Shown here: one piece after another, positions 20,207 to 30,857 of the stretch
How positions within the stretch are numbered: position 1 is the stretch's first letter
Layout: each line of letters opens with the position of its first letter
Assembly (NCBI RefSeq): GCF_003044305.1
Contig: NZ_PZOX01000005.1
Coordinates: forward strand, 387,493-451,492
Length of the DNA stretch: 64,000 nucleotides
Direction: 5' to 3'
Source: Vitiosangium sp. GDMCC 1.1324
GTDB taxonomy: Bacteria; Myxococcota; Myxococcia; Myxococcales; Myxococcaceae
Made by a program: the position numbers and the translations under genes
Notes under the pieces: generated by a model
What the model was told of the DNA's origin: nothing
Databases searched by the model: none
Seen by the model: the letters and a program-made list of their open reading frames with translations, nothing else

Positions 20207-21295
20207 TTACTTCTTCGCCTGCAGCTCGGAGTCGATGACGCTCTTGAACTCGTCGAAGGGCTGAGCGCCGGAGAGCAGGATGCCGTTGATGAAGAAGGCC
20301 GGGGTGCCGTTGACGCCCACCTTCTGACCGTCGGCCATGTCGGCCTGCACGGTGGCGGCCTTCTCGCCGGAGTCCAGGCACTTGTCGAACTTCGCCGAGT
20401 CCACGCCCACCTTCTTGGCGTACTCCTTCAGCTTGGGAACCTCGAGCTCCTTCTGGTTGGCGAAGAGCGTGTCGTGCATCTCCCAGAACTTGCCCTGGTC
20501 ATTGGCGCACAGCGCGGCCTCGGCGGCCTTGGGCGCCTGCTTGTGGAACTCCAGCGGGAACTGGCGGAACACCAGGCGCACCTGGTTGGGGTAGGCCTTG
20601 AGGACCTCCTCCACGGTGCCGATGGCGCGGCTGCAGAACGGGCACTGGAAGTCGCTGAACTCCACGATGGTGACGGGCGCGCCCTCGGGACCCTTGGCCG
20701 GGCCGGTGGCGGCCACCTGCTTGCGCTCCACCGGCGGCTTCGGCGGCTCGGGCAGGGTGATCTGCACGTTGGCGTTCTTCTTCAGCTCGTTGAAGTACTC
20801 GCGAGCGCGCTCCTGCTTCTTGGAGCCGTTGAGGAAGTCGACGATCTGCGGCTTCACCTGCTCGTAGGTGGTGCCCGGGGGCAGACGCTCCTTGGCCTCG
20901 TCATACAGCTTCTTGATCTCCGCCTCGGGCGGCGCCGGAATCTTGTCGTCGACCTCGGCCTTGACCAGCTGCTCCTCGGTCATGTTGCGCTTCTTGGCCT
21001 CGGCCTGCACCAGCTTCTCCACCACGAAGCCATCCAGGCCCTGCTTGCGCAGCTGGAACTTCTGCTTGTCCAGGTTGGCCAGCGGCTCCTTGATGCGATC
21101 GTTGAGCTCACCGAAGGTGATCTTCTGACCATCGCCGAAGGTGGCCACGACCGTGTCCGGAGTGGGCTCCGCCGGGTTGGCGGCGGTGGGAGACGGAGTG
21201 GGGGCGGTCGCCGGGGCCTTCTCCTTGTTGCAACCGGAGAAGAGGGAAGCCGCCAGCAGCGCGGCCATCAGGGTGGAAGTAGAGCGCATAAGCAT
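20207..21295 (-). CDS. DsbA-family thiol:disulfide oxidoreductase lipoprotein
   Basis: Lipobox LFSGC and a thioredoxin fold with a CPFC active site (IVEFSDFQCPFCSRA). Confidence 0.8.
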   Translation of the reverse strand: MLMRSTSTLMAALLAASLFSGCNKEKAPATAPTPSPTAANPAEPTPDTVVATFGDGQKITFGELNDRIKEPLANLDKQKFQLRKQGLDGFVVEKLVQAEAKKRNMTEEQLVKAEVDDKIPAPPEAEIKKLYDEAKERLPPGTTYEQVKPQIVDFLNGSKKQERAREYFNELKKNANVQITLPEPPKPPVERKQVAATGPAKGPEGAPVTIVEFSDFQCPFCSRAIGTVEEVLKAYPNQVRLVFRQFPLEFHKQAPKAAEAALCANDQGKFWEMHDTLFANQKELEVPKLKEYAKKVGVDSAKFDKCLDSGEKAATVQADMADGQKVGVNGTPAFFINGILLSGAQPFDEFKSVIDSELQAKK

Positions 21296-21344
21296 GGGAA
21301 AGGGGTGCTTAGTCGAGAAAACCCCGGACCCGCAAAGAAATTTC

Positions 21345-22274
21345 TCACGCCACCAGGGGCTCGAGCCCGAGCTCCGGCAGGCGCAGCTCCGGCAGTTCCA
21401 GGTGCTTGCGCGCCGGGACGATCTCGTAGCTGCTCGGGTCGGCGAGGACGGCCTTCACCAGCTTCTGGTTGAGCGCGTGACCCGTCTTGAAGGCCTTGAG
21501 GTGGCCCACCACGGGACGGCCGAACAGGGAGATGTCCCCGATGGCGTCCAGGATCTTGTGACGCACGAACTCGTCGGGGAAGCGCAGGCCATCCGGGTTG
21601 AGGATGGAGAACTCGTCCACCACGATGGCGTTGTCCAGCGAACCACCGCGCGCCAAGCCCATCTTCTTGAGCATCTCCACGTCGCGCAGGAAGCCGAAGG
21701 TGCGCGCGCGGGAAATCTCCTTGGCGAAGCAGCGGTCGGAGAACTCCAGCTCGAAGGCCTGCTCGGTGATGAGCGGGTGCTTGAAGTCGATGGTGCAGGA
21801 GATGCGGAAGCGGCTGGCGGGAGAGAAGCTCGCCTCCTTGTCGCCGTCCACCACGGAGACCGTCTTCTTGATGACGAGCAGGCGGCGGGGCTCCTCCTGC
21901 TCGCGCACGCCGGCCTCGGCGATCAGCGCGGCGAAGGGCGCGGCGCTGCCATCCATGATGGGCACCTCGGGGCCGTCCAGCTCCACCCGCACGTTGTCCA
22001 GCCCCATGCCGGCCAGGGCCGACATCAGGTGCTCCACCGTGCCCACCTTGACGCCTTCCTTGCCCAGGGTGGTGGCCAGCGAGGTGTCCACCACGAACTC
22101 CGTCAGCGCGGGGATGGCCACCGGGCGGGGCGTGTCCGTGCGCACGAAGACGATGCCGTGGTTCACCGGCGCGGGCAGCAGCGAGAGGTTCACCGGCGCT
22201 CCGGAGTGGAGCCCTACCCCCTGGCAACGGACGGGCTGGGTGAGGGTGCGCTGGTTGTAGGAGGTGTGAGCCAT
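21345..22274 (-). CDS. lpxC: UDP-3-O-acyl-N-acetylglucosamine deacetylase
   Basis: MAHTSYNQRTLTQPVRCQGVGLHSG...HLKAFKTGHALNQKL are LpxC signatures. Confidence 0.9.
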   Translation of the reverse strand: MAHTSYNQRTLTQPVRCQGVGLHSGAPVNLSLLPAPVNHGIVFVRTDTPRPVAIPALTEFVVDTSLATTLGKEGVKVGTVEHLMSALAGMGLDNVRVELDGPEVPIMDGSAAPFAALIAEAGVREQEEPRRLLVIKKTVSVVDGDKEASFSPASRFRISCTIDFKHPLITEQAFELEFSDRCFAKEISRARTFGFLRDVEMLKKMGLARGGSLDNAIVVDEFSILNPDGLRFPDEFVRHKILDAIGDISLFGRPVVGHLKAFKTGHALNQKLVKAVLADPSSYEIVPARKHLELPELRLPELGLEPLVA

Positions 22275-22506
22275 GGTTCGGTGTCGCCTCTTCGATGCGG
22301 GTGCTTCACTGTTCACTGCCCATCTGACGCGCCGCGTATCGATGCAAACCACACGCCATTGGGCCCACACCCGGAAGGGGGAAACCGGGCCTCTCTGAGC
22401 GTCCCAAGTATTGGGAATCACTGGAGTTTCTGGCTGGTTTGCCAGGACCACCGAAGCCTCCGGCGCCCTGCCCCCCTCGACTCGCTGTGCACCTACCCCG
22501 TCACCG

Positions 22507-22556
22507 TGACAAATGTGTCAGGACTTCCACTCGCTGACCGCCCTATGACGCGTCAT
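22507..22556. promoter_or_regulatory. lpxC upstream leader with two inverted repeats (TGACA-AATG-TGTCA at 22507..22520; perfect 12-bp palindrome ATGACGCGTCAT at 22545..22556)
   Basis: Seen directly in the 385-bp lower-GC intergenic region upstream of lpxC. Function unknown. Confidence 0.25.
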
Positions 22557-22659
22557 GGCGCGACCCAATAACGCAAGCGGATGCCCGGAATCAAACGGTT
22601 GACAAACGAATCCGTGACGTAAGGAGGACTTACGATGACGGACTCCTGACAACCGCGCC

Positions 22660-24150
22660 TCACCGGGTGGCGGCAAGGAAACGGTCCCGGAGCAGCTCGG
22701 CCTCGGCCCGGTCGAAGTTGAAGCCCCGGAGCTGCGCGCGCCGGCTGACGGCGGCGAAGGTGTTCTCCAGCACCATGGAGAAGGCGCGCAGATCCTCGAT
22801 GAGGCGGGTGCGCACGGCGGGGCCCTCGGGCGGCCAGGGGAGCTCGGTGAGCAGCGCGCTGAAGCGATCGAAGGCCTCGTAGTCCACGTAGCGCAGCAGC
22901 TGGTAGCTGCCGTCCTGGAAGTAGCCGAGGAAGGCCACGATGCTGGAGATGACGGACTCGGCGGACGGCACGTCGTCGTTGCGCAGGTGCCCCTCCGCGG
23001 CGCGGCACAACTGGGAGAAGACCCACAGGTCCTTGCGCAGCCGCTCGGCAGCCTCCATGGAGGAGGCGAGCTGCTCGAAGGGGGCCTCGCCGGAAGCGGA
23101 GCCCGGAGCGAGCGCCTCGGTGAGGGTCACCACCTGCGTCTGGAAGAGCTGGGTGAAGGCGTAGGAGGCGCGGGCGGCGGCGGCGCGGTCCCGGTCCAGC
23201 TCCACGAGGATGTCGCGGGCGATGCGCTCCGTCTCGCGGGCGATGTCGCGGGCGACGCGCAGACACGCGGCCTGGAGGGGCTTGGGACCCGCCTTGGGAG
23301 CGAGCTCGTTCTTCAGGTAGCCCACGAGGCTGAGCGCCTCGCTGCGCACCAGCGCGAGCAGCACGCGCACGCGGCGGGGAATGGGGCCCTGGGCGTCCTG
23401 GCTCACGTAGGCCAGGTAGTGCAGGAGGCGGAACATGCCCAGGTAGGCGGTGGTGAAGAGGGGCCGGGTCTCCGCCGGCACCGTGGAGAGCAGCGACAGC
23501 AGGCGCACCGAGCGCAGCCGGTCGTACTCCAGGCGGAACTCGTTGAGGCGGCAGGGCCGGAAGTAGCGGTTGAGGACGATCTCCCGCAGGACGAGGTTGC
23601 CCACGTCATTGAAGAGGCTCAGCCCGCACACCGGCAGTTGCAGCAGGTGATCGATGAGGTTGCGCAGCGACTCGAAGGACTGGCGCAGGACGAAGAGGCT
23701 CTCCTGGGGCGTCTCCTGATCCTGCTCGCCTTCGATCCGCGAGCGGCGCATCCGGTCGTCGGAGAGCTGCGTCTCCACGTAGCGGCGGAACTGGAGCTTC
23801 TGGGTGGAGTCCGGATCCAACAGGTGCCGCGCGAGGCGGATGGCCTGGCTCAGGGTGGCGCGGACGTCCTTGAGCTCCTCGCGGAAGTCACGGGTGACGA
23901 GCGGCTGATCCTGGGGATCGATGACGCCGTTGTCGTGCAGGTGGACGTAGCGCTCCACGCCACGCAGGAGCATCTCGAACTCGAAGAGGAGCTCCTCGCG
24001 GGCCTCCACGGGCAGGGCGCGCAGCCAGCGCTCGCGCTCGGCGAGGAAACCACCCCGGTTGCCCTGGGAGGTCCGGACGAGGTCCTCATAGAAGTCGCGA
24101 GGAACGCGCGACATGCGAGGCGGCTGGACGACGGTCGCGGTGGTGCTCAC
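22660..24150 (-). CDS. conserved hypothetical protein
   Basis: 496-aa ORF with coding-like composition. Its start overlaps the ruvB stop. Confidence 0.55.
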   Translation of the reverse strand: MSTTATVVQPPRMSRVPRDFYEDLVRTSQGNRGGFLAERERWLRALPVEAREELLFEFEMLLRGVERYVHLHDNGVIDPQDQPLVTRDFREELKDVRATLSQAIRLARHLLDPDSTQKLQFRRYVETQLSDDRMRRSRIEGEQDQETPQESLFVLRQSFESLRNLIDHLLQLPVCGLSLFNDVGNLVLREIVLNRYFRPCRLNEFRLEYDRLRSVRLLSLLSTVPAETRPLFTTAYLGMFRLLHYLAYVSQDAQGPIPRRVRVLLALVRSEALSLVGYLKNELAPKAGPKPLQAACLRVARDIARETERIARDILVELDRDRAAAARASYAFTQLFQTQVVTLTEALAPGSASGEAPFEQLASSMEAAERLRKDLWVFSQLCRAAEGHLRNDDVPSAESVISSIVAFLGYFQDGSYQLLRYVDYEAFDRFSALLTELPWPPEGPAVRTRLIEDLRAFSMVLENTFAAVSRRAQLRGFNFDRAEAELLRDRFLAATR

Positions 24151-25193
24151 CAGAGTGTCCCCTGCGCCGTGGGGGGCGCCTTCTTGTTGAAATAGGTGTA
24201 CGCGAGGTGCGTGGCCACGCGGCCCCGCGGCGTGCGCTGGAGGAAGCCTTCCTGGAGAAGGAACGGCTCGTACACGTCCTCGATGGTATCGCGCTGCTCG
24301 CCCACGCTGGCGGCGATCGTCTCCACGCCCACCGGGCCCCCGCCGAACTTGTCGAGGATGGTGAGCAGGATCTTCCGGTCCATCGCGTCCAGGCCGGAGG
24401 CGTCCACGCCCAGACGGGTGAGCGCCTGCGAGGCCAGCTCCTGGGTGATGCGGCCATCCCCCTCCACCTGGGCGAAGTCGCGCAGCCGGCGCAGCAGCCG
24501 GTTGGCGATACGGGGCGTGCCCCGGGCGCGGGTGGAGATCTCCTTCGCCCCATCGCGCTCCAGCTTCACCCCGAGGATGCGCGCCGAGCGGTTGAGGATC
24601 ATCTCCAGGTGCTTGGGCTCGTAGTACTCGAGCCGCTCCTGGATCTGGAAGCGGTCGCGCAGCGGCGAGGTGAGCAGACCCGTGCGCGTGGTGGCGCCGA
24701 TCAGGGTGAAGGGCGGCAGGTCGATCTTCATCGCCCGGGCGGCGGGGCCGGTGTCGATGGTGATGTCCAGCCGGAAGTCCTCCATGGCCGGGTAGAGGTA
24801 CTCCTCGATGGCGGCGTTGAGGCGGTGGACCTCGTCGATGAAGAGGATGTCGCGCTCGTTGAGGTTGGTGAGCAGTCCGGCCAGATCGCCCTTGCGCTCG
24901 AGCGCGGGGCCGCTGGTGACGTGGATGCCCACGCCCAGCTCGGTGGCCATGAGGTAGGCGAGAGACGTCTTGCCCAGACCCGGAGGCCCGGAGAAGAGAC
25001 AGTGGTCCAGCGCCTCCCCGCGGCTCCTGGCGGCCTGGACGTACACCTTGAGCTTCTCGACGACGGCGCTCTGGCCCACGTACTCGTCGAAGGTGCGCGG
25101 ACGCAACGAGGCCTCGACCCGGACCTCGTCGTTGAGCGCCTCTCCCGAGAGCGTGTCGTCGGACTTCCGCTTCGACTTCGCCATACCAGTCAA
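24147..25193 (-). CDS. ruvB: Holliday junction branch migration helicase RuvB
   Basis: Walker A ([11 protein letters not shown]) and Walker B (LFIDEVHRL) motifs, and the RuvB C-terminal winged helix. Confidence 0.9.
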   Translation of the reverse strand: MTGMAKSKRKSDDTLSGEALNDEVRVEASLRPRTFDEYVGQSAVVEKLKVYVQAARSRGEALDHCLFSGPPGLGKTSLAYLMATELGVGIHVTSGPALERKGDLAGLLTNLNERDILFIDEVHRLNAAIEEYLYPAMEDFRLDITIDTGPAARAMKIDLPPFTLIGATTRTGLLTSPLRDRFQIQERLEYYEPKHLEMILNRSARILGVKLERDGAKEISTRARGTPRIANRLLRRLRDFAQVEGDGRITQELASQALTRLGVDASGLDAMDRKILLTILDKFGGGPVGVETIAASVGEQRDTIEDVYEPFLLQEGFLQRTPRGRVATHLAYTYFNKKAPPTAQGTLW

Positions 25194-25301
25194 CCCTCTG
25201 CCGTCACCCTACCAGAACGGCTCTGTGTCGCGGGCCCTCTCGCGGCGGTAGACTCCCGGAGTGCCCGCCGTCAGGCCGCTTGCCCAGGGAGCCAGCCCGT
25301 C

Positions 25302-25988
25302 GTGAAGGGACTCATCTTCGAACTCTCCATCCCCAAGTACGTCCTCGCCAAGGGGATTGGAGGCATGTACCCGAAGTTGCACTACGGGCGCGGGAGCTGT
25401 CTCTCCCTGCGTGAGCTGGCCTCCCCCACCCTGCCCGGCCCGGACTGGGTGCGGCTGCGCCCGCTGGCGGTCAACCCGCTGTTGCCCTGCCGCCTGCGGG
25501 GCATCCAGCCGCCCTGCAAGCCGTGCGCGTCCGGCCAGGAGAACGGCTGCGAGAACACGGCCGAGGGCTGCCTCGCTCCCGGGCAGATGCTCGGCTTCCA
25601 AAAGGACCTGCCGGGGGGCATGAGCACGGAGATGGTGGCGCACCCCTCGCAGCTCCACCCCCTGCCACAAGGTGTGGGTGACAAGGCGGGCGTGCTGGTG
25701 GGAGCGGCGGGCCTCCTCGAGCGCGTGGACTGGACGACAGTGTGGCGCAACGAACTGACGCTGCTCGGCGCCTACGTGTACGGGCCGGAGCGCTTCCGCG
25801 ACGGGCGTAAGCACACCTTCGACCTGGTGCTCGAGCTGCTCGCCCGCCGGGAGGGCCCGGATCCGAGCATGCTGGTGACGACACATACCTTTCCGCTCGC
25901 GCGTTACCAGGAGGCCATCGAGGCCAACCTGGCGCGTGGCCGCCACCAGTCCGTGAAGACCGTCTTCGACCTCAGGGAGAACCCATGA
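25302..25988 (+). CDS. MDR/zinc-alcohol-dehydrogenase-like protein lacking the Rossmann NAD(P)-binding core
   Basis: Only 228 aa. The GroES-like N-domain (with CxxC...C) joins directly to the C-terminal MDR segment (ELTLLGAY...THTFPL). No GxGxxG motif. GTG start. Confidence 0.45.
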   Translation: MKGLIFELSIPKYVLAKGIGGMYPKLHYGRGSCLSLRELASPTLPGPDWVRLRPLAVNPLLPCRLRGIQPPCKPCASGQENGCENTAEGCLAPGQMLGFQKDLPGGMSTEMVAHPSQLHPLPQGVGDKAGVLVGAAGLLERVDWTTVWRNELTLLGAYVYGPERFRDGRKHTFDLVLELLARREGPDPSMLVTTHTFPLARYQEAIEANLARGRHQSVKTVFDLRENP

Positions 25989-27058
25989 ACGCCTCGTTCC
26001 GTCCCCTTCCCTTCCTCGCCGAGGCCCGCGCCGAGCCCGTATCCGCGCTGCGCCTGCAGAAGCTCCGACGGGCGGCGCAGGAGGCGCGCGATGCCTTCAC
26101 GGCTGGAGGCCCCGTGGCGGCGGTGACCACGTGCGACCTCGTCACGTTCCCCTACCCGTCGCAGTTCGCCTTCAGCGGAGGAGCGCTGTCTCCGGCGCCC
26201 TACGTGATGATGACGAACCGGATGCAGGTGGTGCAGTACCAGGAGGACGGGGTGACGCGCACCCTGCTCTTCAACCCGAGCGACTACGAGCGCGGCCAGG
26301 CGGCCCCCTTCTTCAAGTCCCTGCGCGAGAAGTATGGCGACTTCATCTCGGACAAGGTGATGAGCCGGAGAATCGCCACGGTGCAGAGCCACCTGGCCGC
26401 GCTGGGGCTGCATCCGGAGGACGTGGACTACATCGCGTTCGACCACCTGCACGTGCAGGACGTGAGGCGGTGGCTGGGTGGAGACGGAGAGCCGGCGTAT
26501 TTCCCGAGGGCGAAGCTGCTGGTACAGCGGACCGAGTGGGAATCGGTGAAGAACCTGCACCCGCTGGAGAAGGTCTGGTACGTGCCGGGCGGGACGGACG
26601 GCGTGCCGGAGGAGCGCGTGGTGCTGCTGGACGGAGACGTGTGGCTGGGCCGGGGCGCCGCCATCCTGTCGACGCCGGGACACACGATGGGGAACATGTC
26701 GCTCGCGGTGGCGTCGGACAAGGAGGTGTTCGTGGTGAGCGAGAACGGCGTGGCAACGGAGAGCTATACGCCGCTGCAGTCGGGCATCCCCGGAGTGCGC
26801 GCCTGGGCCGAGCACATGGGCTGGGAGGTGGTGCTCAATGGCAACACCCGCGAGAGCTCTCTGGAGCAGTACTCGTCCATGATTGTCGAGAAGGTGTTCG
26901 CGGGCCCGTCGCGAGTGGAGGGAGCGTTCGTGAACTTCCACCCGTCCTCGCTGCTGACGAGCTCGCTGGTGGCGCCGGGCCTGTCACCCACCATCATCCT
27001 GCCGGCGCCGAACCACGGAGACATCCGCCCGACCACGGCCGCCCGCCGCGCGGCCTGA
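25985..27058 (+). CDS. putative MBL-fold-like hydrolase (weak)
   Basis: AFDHLHVQD and STPGHTMGN are His-containing motifs. ATGA overlap with the upstream gene. Confidence 0.4.
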   Translation: MNASFRPLPFLAEARAEPVSALRLQKLRRAAQEARDAFTAGGPVAAVTTCDLVTFPYPSQFAFSGGALSPAPYVMMTNRMQVVQYQEDGVTRTLLFNPSDYERGQAAPFFKSLREKYGDFISDKVMSRRIATVQSHLAALGLHPEDVDYIAFDHLHVQDVRRWLGGDGEPAYFPRAKLLVQRTEWESVKNLHPLEKVWYVPGGTDGVPEERVVLLDGDVWLGRGAAILSTPGHTMGNMSLAVASDKEVFVVSENGVATESYTPLQSGIPGVRAWAEHMGWEVVLNGNTRESSLEQYSSMIVEKVFAGPSRVEGAFVNFHPSSLLTSSLVAPGLSPTIILPAPNHGDIRPTTAARRAA

Positions 27059-27083
27059 GACGCACTGACGGGCCATCGGGCAA

Positions 27084-27101
27084 AGGAGCGGAAGCGCTCC
27101 T
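27084..27101. terminator. short hairpin between convergent genes (aggagcg-gaag-cgctcct)
   Basis: 7-bp stem with no U-tract. Confidence 0.25.
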
Positions 27102-27124
27102 CTGCCCAGGCCTGACCGCTCTGC

Positions 27125-29971
27125 TCAATTGATGACGACCTTGTCGACAGTGATTGTCGCCCGCTTGTAGAAGTAAACCCTGTACTCCAGGGGGTGGTTG
27201 ATCGTCGTCTGAGTGAAGCTCAGGCTGAAGTCCTGGTACTGGTTGATGGCGGTGAACTGTTGCGCCGTCACCTCCATGCTCGTGAGAACCGTGCCCGTGG
27301 TGCCGTCCCTCACATCGATGCTCGCGAGGCTCTGGGCACCCAGAGAGTTGTTGTCGGTCTTCAGCCGGAAGGTGACCTTCCGGGTGCCGACCGGCACATT
27401 GGCGTCATAAGGTCCGTAGAGCATGTGATCGGCTGCGTCGAGGGAAGGCGAAGCCTGCCAGCCGTCCCCGCTCACACGTCCGACGCGATGCGCCTGCACA
27501 GCGCCTTCCGCTTCGTATTGTCCGATGCGGGTCGTCGTCGTGACCTTGTCGATGTTGATGGCCGCCGTGTCCTTGAAGTTGGCCCTGAACTCGAGCTGAT
27601 GCCCGGCGACGTTGTTGTAGGTCAGGCTGAAGTCCTGATAGAGGCCATTGGCCTTGAACTGATTGCGGTAGACATCGAACGCCGTCAACACGCTTCCCGT
27701 GGTGGCGTCCCTGACATCGAGCGTCACGACGTTGTCATTGTTCCCGGTGATGACGTCTATCTTCATCTTGAACGTCGTGGTCAGCTGCCCGGCCGGGAAG
27801 GTCGTCACATAGGGGCCATAGAGCATCATTCCCGCGTCGTCCTGTGTGACGTTCGCCGACCAGCCATTGTCGTTCGAGCGGCCGACCGTGTGCGAGAACG
27901 GCGATGCGGCGTAGCTCGTCGTCTCCGCCTCATAGGTCTTCACGACGGTGGACGGGTCCGTGGGCAGGTTGTTGTATTCCCGCATCAACTGGAAGTAGTT
28001 GTCCGGCCTCACGAAGACGATGTTGCCGTTGCCGCTGAAGTTGTTCACCACGTTGATGAAGCTTTGATAGCTGTTGCCCTCCCAGGGATTGGCCTGGATG
28101 CTGACGAACCGGGGCGCCGAGCCGCTCCACCCCGAGATGGCGCGGTTGATCTCGGAGATCATGGAGCTCTCCGTCGGACAGTACGTGGCGTTGAGCCCCT
28201 GGCTCGGCAGGACGTTGTTGTACACCGAGATGCCGCCTCCCGCGTTCTGCGCGGTCAAGCCCAACAAGGACGGCGCGTTGTACGCGAAGCTGTTTCCCAC
28301 GTTCACGTTCGTGGCGCCGTCGATCTTGTTCCACACGGTGACGACCTTGAACCCCGCGCGGTTCATGTAGTCGTTGCTCAGCGACACATAGTTGTCCAGG
28401 AGGGACTGGCTCGCCCAGTAATTGGGGTAGGTGTAGCCAAGTCCCGTCGGGCCCGAGATGAGCGCGTCGTTGGGAGTGGCCGTGTTGTAGAAGTAGTTCA
28501 ACACCCCGGGCATGGCGTCCAGCATCGCCGGAGAGAGCGTCCACCCCAGGGGAACCTGCCCTCGGGAGGGGCTGTCCCACAGCTTCTTGAAGAGATGCTC
28601 CACGTACTGCAGGTTGTCCCCGTCGCTCAGAATCAACGTGATGTAGATCTTGTTGCTCAACGTGGGCTTGTTGGGGACCGGTTTGACGTTGACGACTCTC
28701 GACGTTCCGCCGAGCACCGTCAGGTTCGACGCGAAATCGCTGGCGACGGTGGAGATGCCGTATTCGGATACCCGCTGAACGCCCGAGGCCTCTTCCGGCC
28801 ACCATCCCATGTAGATGCCGCCGTTTCCATAAGGCATCTCCACCAGGAACTTCCGCAGCAACGAGTCCTCATCGGCCACCCTCGGGTCGAGCCACACGAC
28901 GGCCGCCCGGACCGCCACGGCGTAATCCCGCAAGTTGCCTTTGACGCCGGGTGAGAGACCGACCAGCAACTTGTGCGTCACCTGGGACCAGTAATGATCG
29001 TACAGATACTGGTAGGCCTGGAGCTTCGTTGTGAAGGCGCCGCGCAGGTCCATCAGGATGGGCAGACTGTACGGTGCGGCCGTCAGCCTGGCCGCGAGTG
29101 AAGGAGAAGCAACGATGCCCCCCTGCAGACCCGCGATCGTCGTCGCCACGTTCAGCGTATCGGGCAGCGCGCTGTCATAGATGACGATGCCGCTGATCTC
29201 GCTCCTGTATCTGGTCAGGAGGCTCCAGTTGTCGGCGACCCCCGTGTACTGGAGACCCAGGGAGTCGAGCCAGCCGGACCTCCCATCCTGGTTCTGCATG
29301 GTTCTGTCATACGTGAAGATACGGGGCTGGGTCCTGTTCACGACCCCTTTCAGGGTCGTGAAGAGCGTCGTCTCTTCATCGCTGACTGGAGCCCTGGCCC
29401 CTACGCTGTCCACCTTGATGTAGGCTCTTCCGTACCAGTAGACCCTGAACTCGAGTCCGTGCCCGGCCACCGGATTGTTGAACGGGAGGTCGAAGCCAAT
29501 GAACGTGGATGGGCTCTTGAATTCCGTCCGGGTGATGTCCCGCTGTGCCAGAACGGTTCCCGTCGTGTTGTCTCGAACATCCACGGTCACCATGACATCG
29601 TTGTTGGCCGTGTTGTTGTCGATGAGCAGATTGAAGAAGGCCGTGTTGTTGCCCGTGGGAATGTTGGTGGCATAGGGGCCGTAGACCAGGAATTGATTGG
29701 GTGTATCAATCGAGGTCTGCGCGAGCCAGCCGTTGCCATCCAGATGCCCGGTCCCGTGTCTGACCTGTGTGCCTTCAGCCTCGTACCTGTACTCGACGGC
29801 AGTCAAATCCATCAAGTCCAGCGTCGGCGCGGGCGCGGAGAAGGAAGGGAGCACCTGTCCTGAAGGCCATGTGAGTCCGGCGGCCGAAGCCGCCTGAGGG
29901 TGAGCCATCCCCGCCGCGGCGCATGTGACAGCGGATGCAAGCGCCAGATGAATCCATCGATTTCTGTTCAT
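27125..29971 (-). CDS. secreted GxGYxYP-domain protein (putative glycoside hydrolase-like) flanked by four repeated ~150-aa beta-sandwich modules
   Basis: Signal peptide MNRNRWIHLALASAVTCAAAGMA. GLGYTYP motif. Four repeats of YEAEG...(H/Q)xVGR..GW...MLYGPY...VTLDVRD.TTG.VL...QF...YQDFSL...H.LEFR. Gene GC ~57% versus ~70% for neighbours. Confidence 0.75.
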   Translation of the reverse strand: MNRNRWIHLALASAVTCAAAGMAHPQAASAAGLTWPSGQVLPSFSAPAPTLDLMDLTAVEYRYEAEGTQVRHGTGHLDGNGWLAQTSIDTPNQFLVYGPYATNIPTGNNTAFFNLLIDNNTANNDVMVTVDVRDNTTGTVLAQRDITRTEFKSPSTFIGFDLPFNNPVAGHGLEFRVYWYGRAYIKVDSVGARAPVSDEETTLFTTLKGVVNRTQPRIFTYDRTMQNQDGRSGWLDSLGLQYTGVADNWSLLTRYRSEISGIVIYDSALPDTLNVATTIAGLQGGIVASPSLAARLTAAPYSLPILMDLRGAFTTKLQAYQYLYDHYWSQVTHKLLVGLSPGVKGNLRDYAVAVRAAVVWLDPRVADEDSLLRKFLVEMPYGNGGIYMGWWPEEASGVQRVSEYGISTVASDFASNLTVLGGTSRVVNVKPVPNKPTLSNKIYITLILSDGDNLQYVEHLFKKLWDSPSRGQVPLGWTLSPAMLDAMPGVLNYFYNTATPNDALISGPTGLGYTYPNYWASQSLLDNYVSLSNDYMNRAGFKVVTVWNKIDGATNVNVGNSFAYNAPSLLGLTAQNAGGGISVYNNVLPSQGLNATYCPTESSMISEINRAISGWSGSAPRFVSIQANPWEGNSYQSFINVVNNFSGNGNIVFVRPDNYFQLMREYNNLPTDPSTVVKTYEAETTSYAASPFSHTVGRSNDNGWSANVTQDDAGMMLYGPYVTTFPAGQLTTTFKMKIDVITGNNDNVVTLDVRDATTGSVLTAFDVYRNQFKANGLYQDFSLTYNNVAGHQLEFRANFKDTAAINIDKVTTTTRIGQYEAEGAVQAHRVGRVSGDGWQASPSLDAADHMLYGPYDANVPVGTRKVTFRLKTDNNSLGAQSLASIDVRDGTTGTVLTSMEVTAQQFTAINQYQDFSLSFTQTTINHPLEYRVYFYKRATITVDKVVIN

Positions 29972-30275
29972 GGGCAGCAATCTCCTTCCCTTTGATACAC
30001 CCTCGAATCCCATGAAATCAAGATTATCGAGCACAACCAACAAGACCCGTAGAAACGCGCTGGGTTTATTCTCGACAAAGTGTTCTCGGGCCCATCGCGA
30101 GTCGCGGATGAGTCCGTAAACTTCCGCCCGTCGTTGAAAACCGTGTCCACTCCGCCGGGCATATCACCGCCAGAGTGCACACCCCCCCCATCGAAGCCAC
30201 GAGAGCACGCCTCGGTCTTCGATTGAGCAGTGATTGGTGTTACAACGGTACAACCCCACCACGGGAGAACCTGCA

Positions 30276-30839
30276 ATGACTCGACGTATTCTCGTGTTCC
30301 CCATGATGCTGCCCCTGCTCTTCACAGCGGCGTGTGGCCGTGTCGACGCCAACTCCGAGGAGGCCGTCAAGGAAGACTCGATGGACCAGGGTGCTGACTC
30401 GGCCGGCAGATGCACCCTGGCGGGTTGCTCATCCGGCTTCGAGCTGCGTGTTCCCATCCACGTGAGCCTCGAGAAGCTGCGAACGAGCACCGTGTCCGTG
30501 TGCCACAACACGCTCTGCTACACGAGCGGCCTCGAAACGCTCGGGAAGACGAACAACACCATCCACTTCCCCGATCTTTCGAAGCGCGACGCCGAGCACA
30601 CTCCGCTGATTGTCGTCGCGGTCGACCAGCCCACGAATAGCGGGCTCCAGCTCCAACTCTCCTATGACACCTGGTCACTGAAGGATGTGCAGGACGGAGA
30701 CGCATACGACGTGACCCTCACGGACGAGCACGGTGAAAAGTTCGTCGAGGTACACGAGACGGTCTCGTACCAGACCCTCCAGCCCAACGGCCCGCAGTGC
30801 GCCCCCACGTGCTGGCGCGCCACGATCGACAAGACCTGA
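30276..30839 (+). CDS. hypothetical lipoprotein
   Basis: MTRRILVFPMMLPLLFTAACG lipobox. Lower GC than the bulk. Confidence 0.5.
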   Translation: MTRRILVFPMMLPLLFTAACGRVDANSEEAVKEDSMDQGADSAGRCTLAGCSSGFELRVPIHVSLEKLRTSTVSVCHNTLCYTSGLETLGKTNNTIHFPDLSKRDAEHTPLIVVAVDQPTNSGLQLQLSYDTWSLKDVQDGDAYDVTLTDEHGEKFVEVHETVSYQTLQPNGPQCAPTCWRATIDKT

Positions 30840-30857
30840 TCGTGAGTTCCGGACTCC

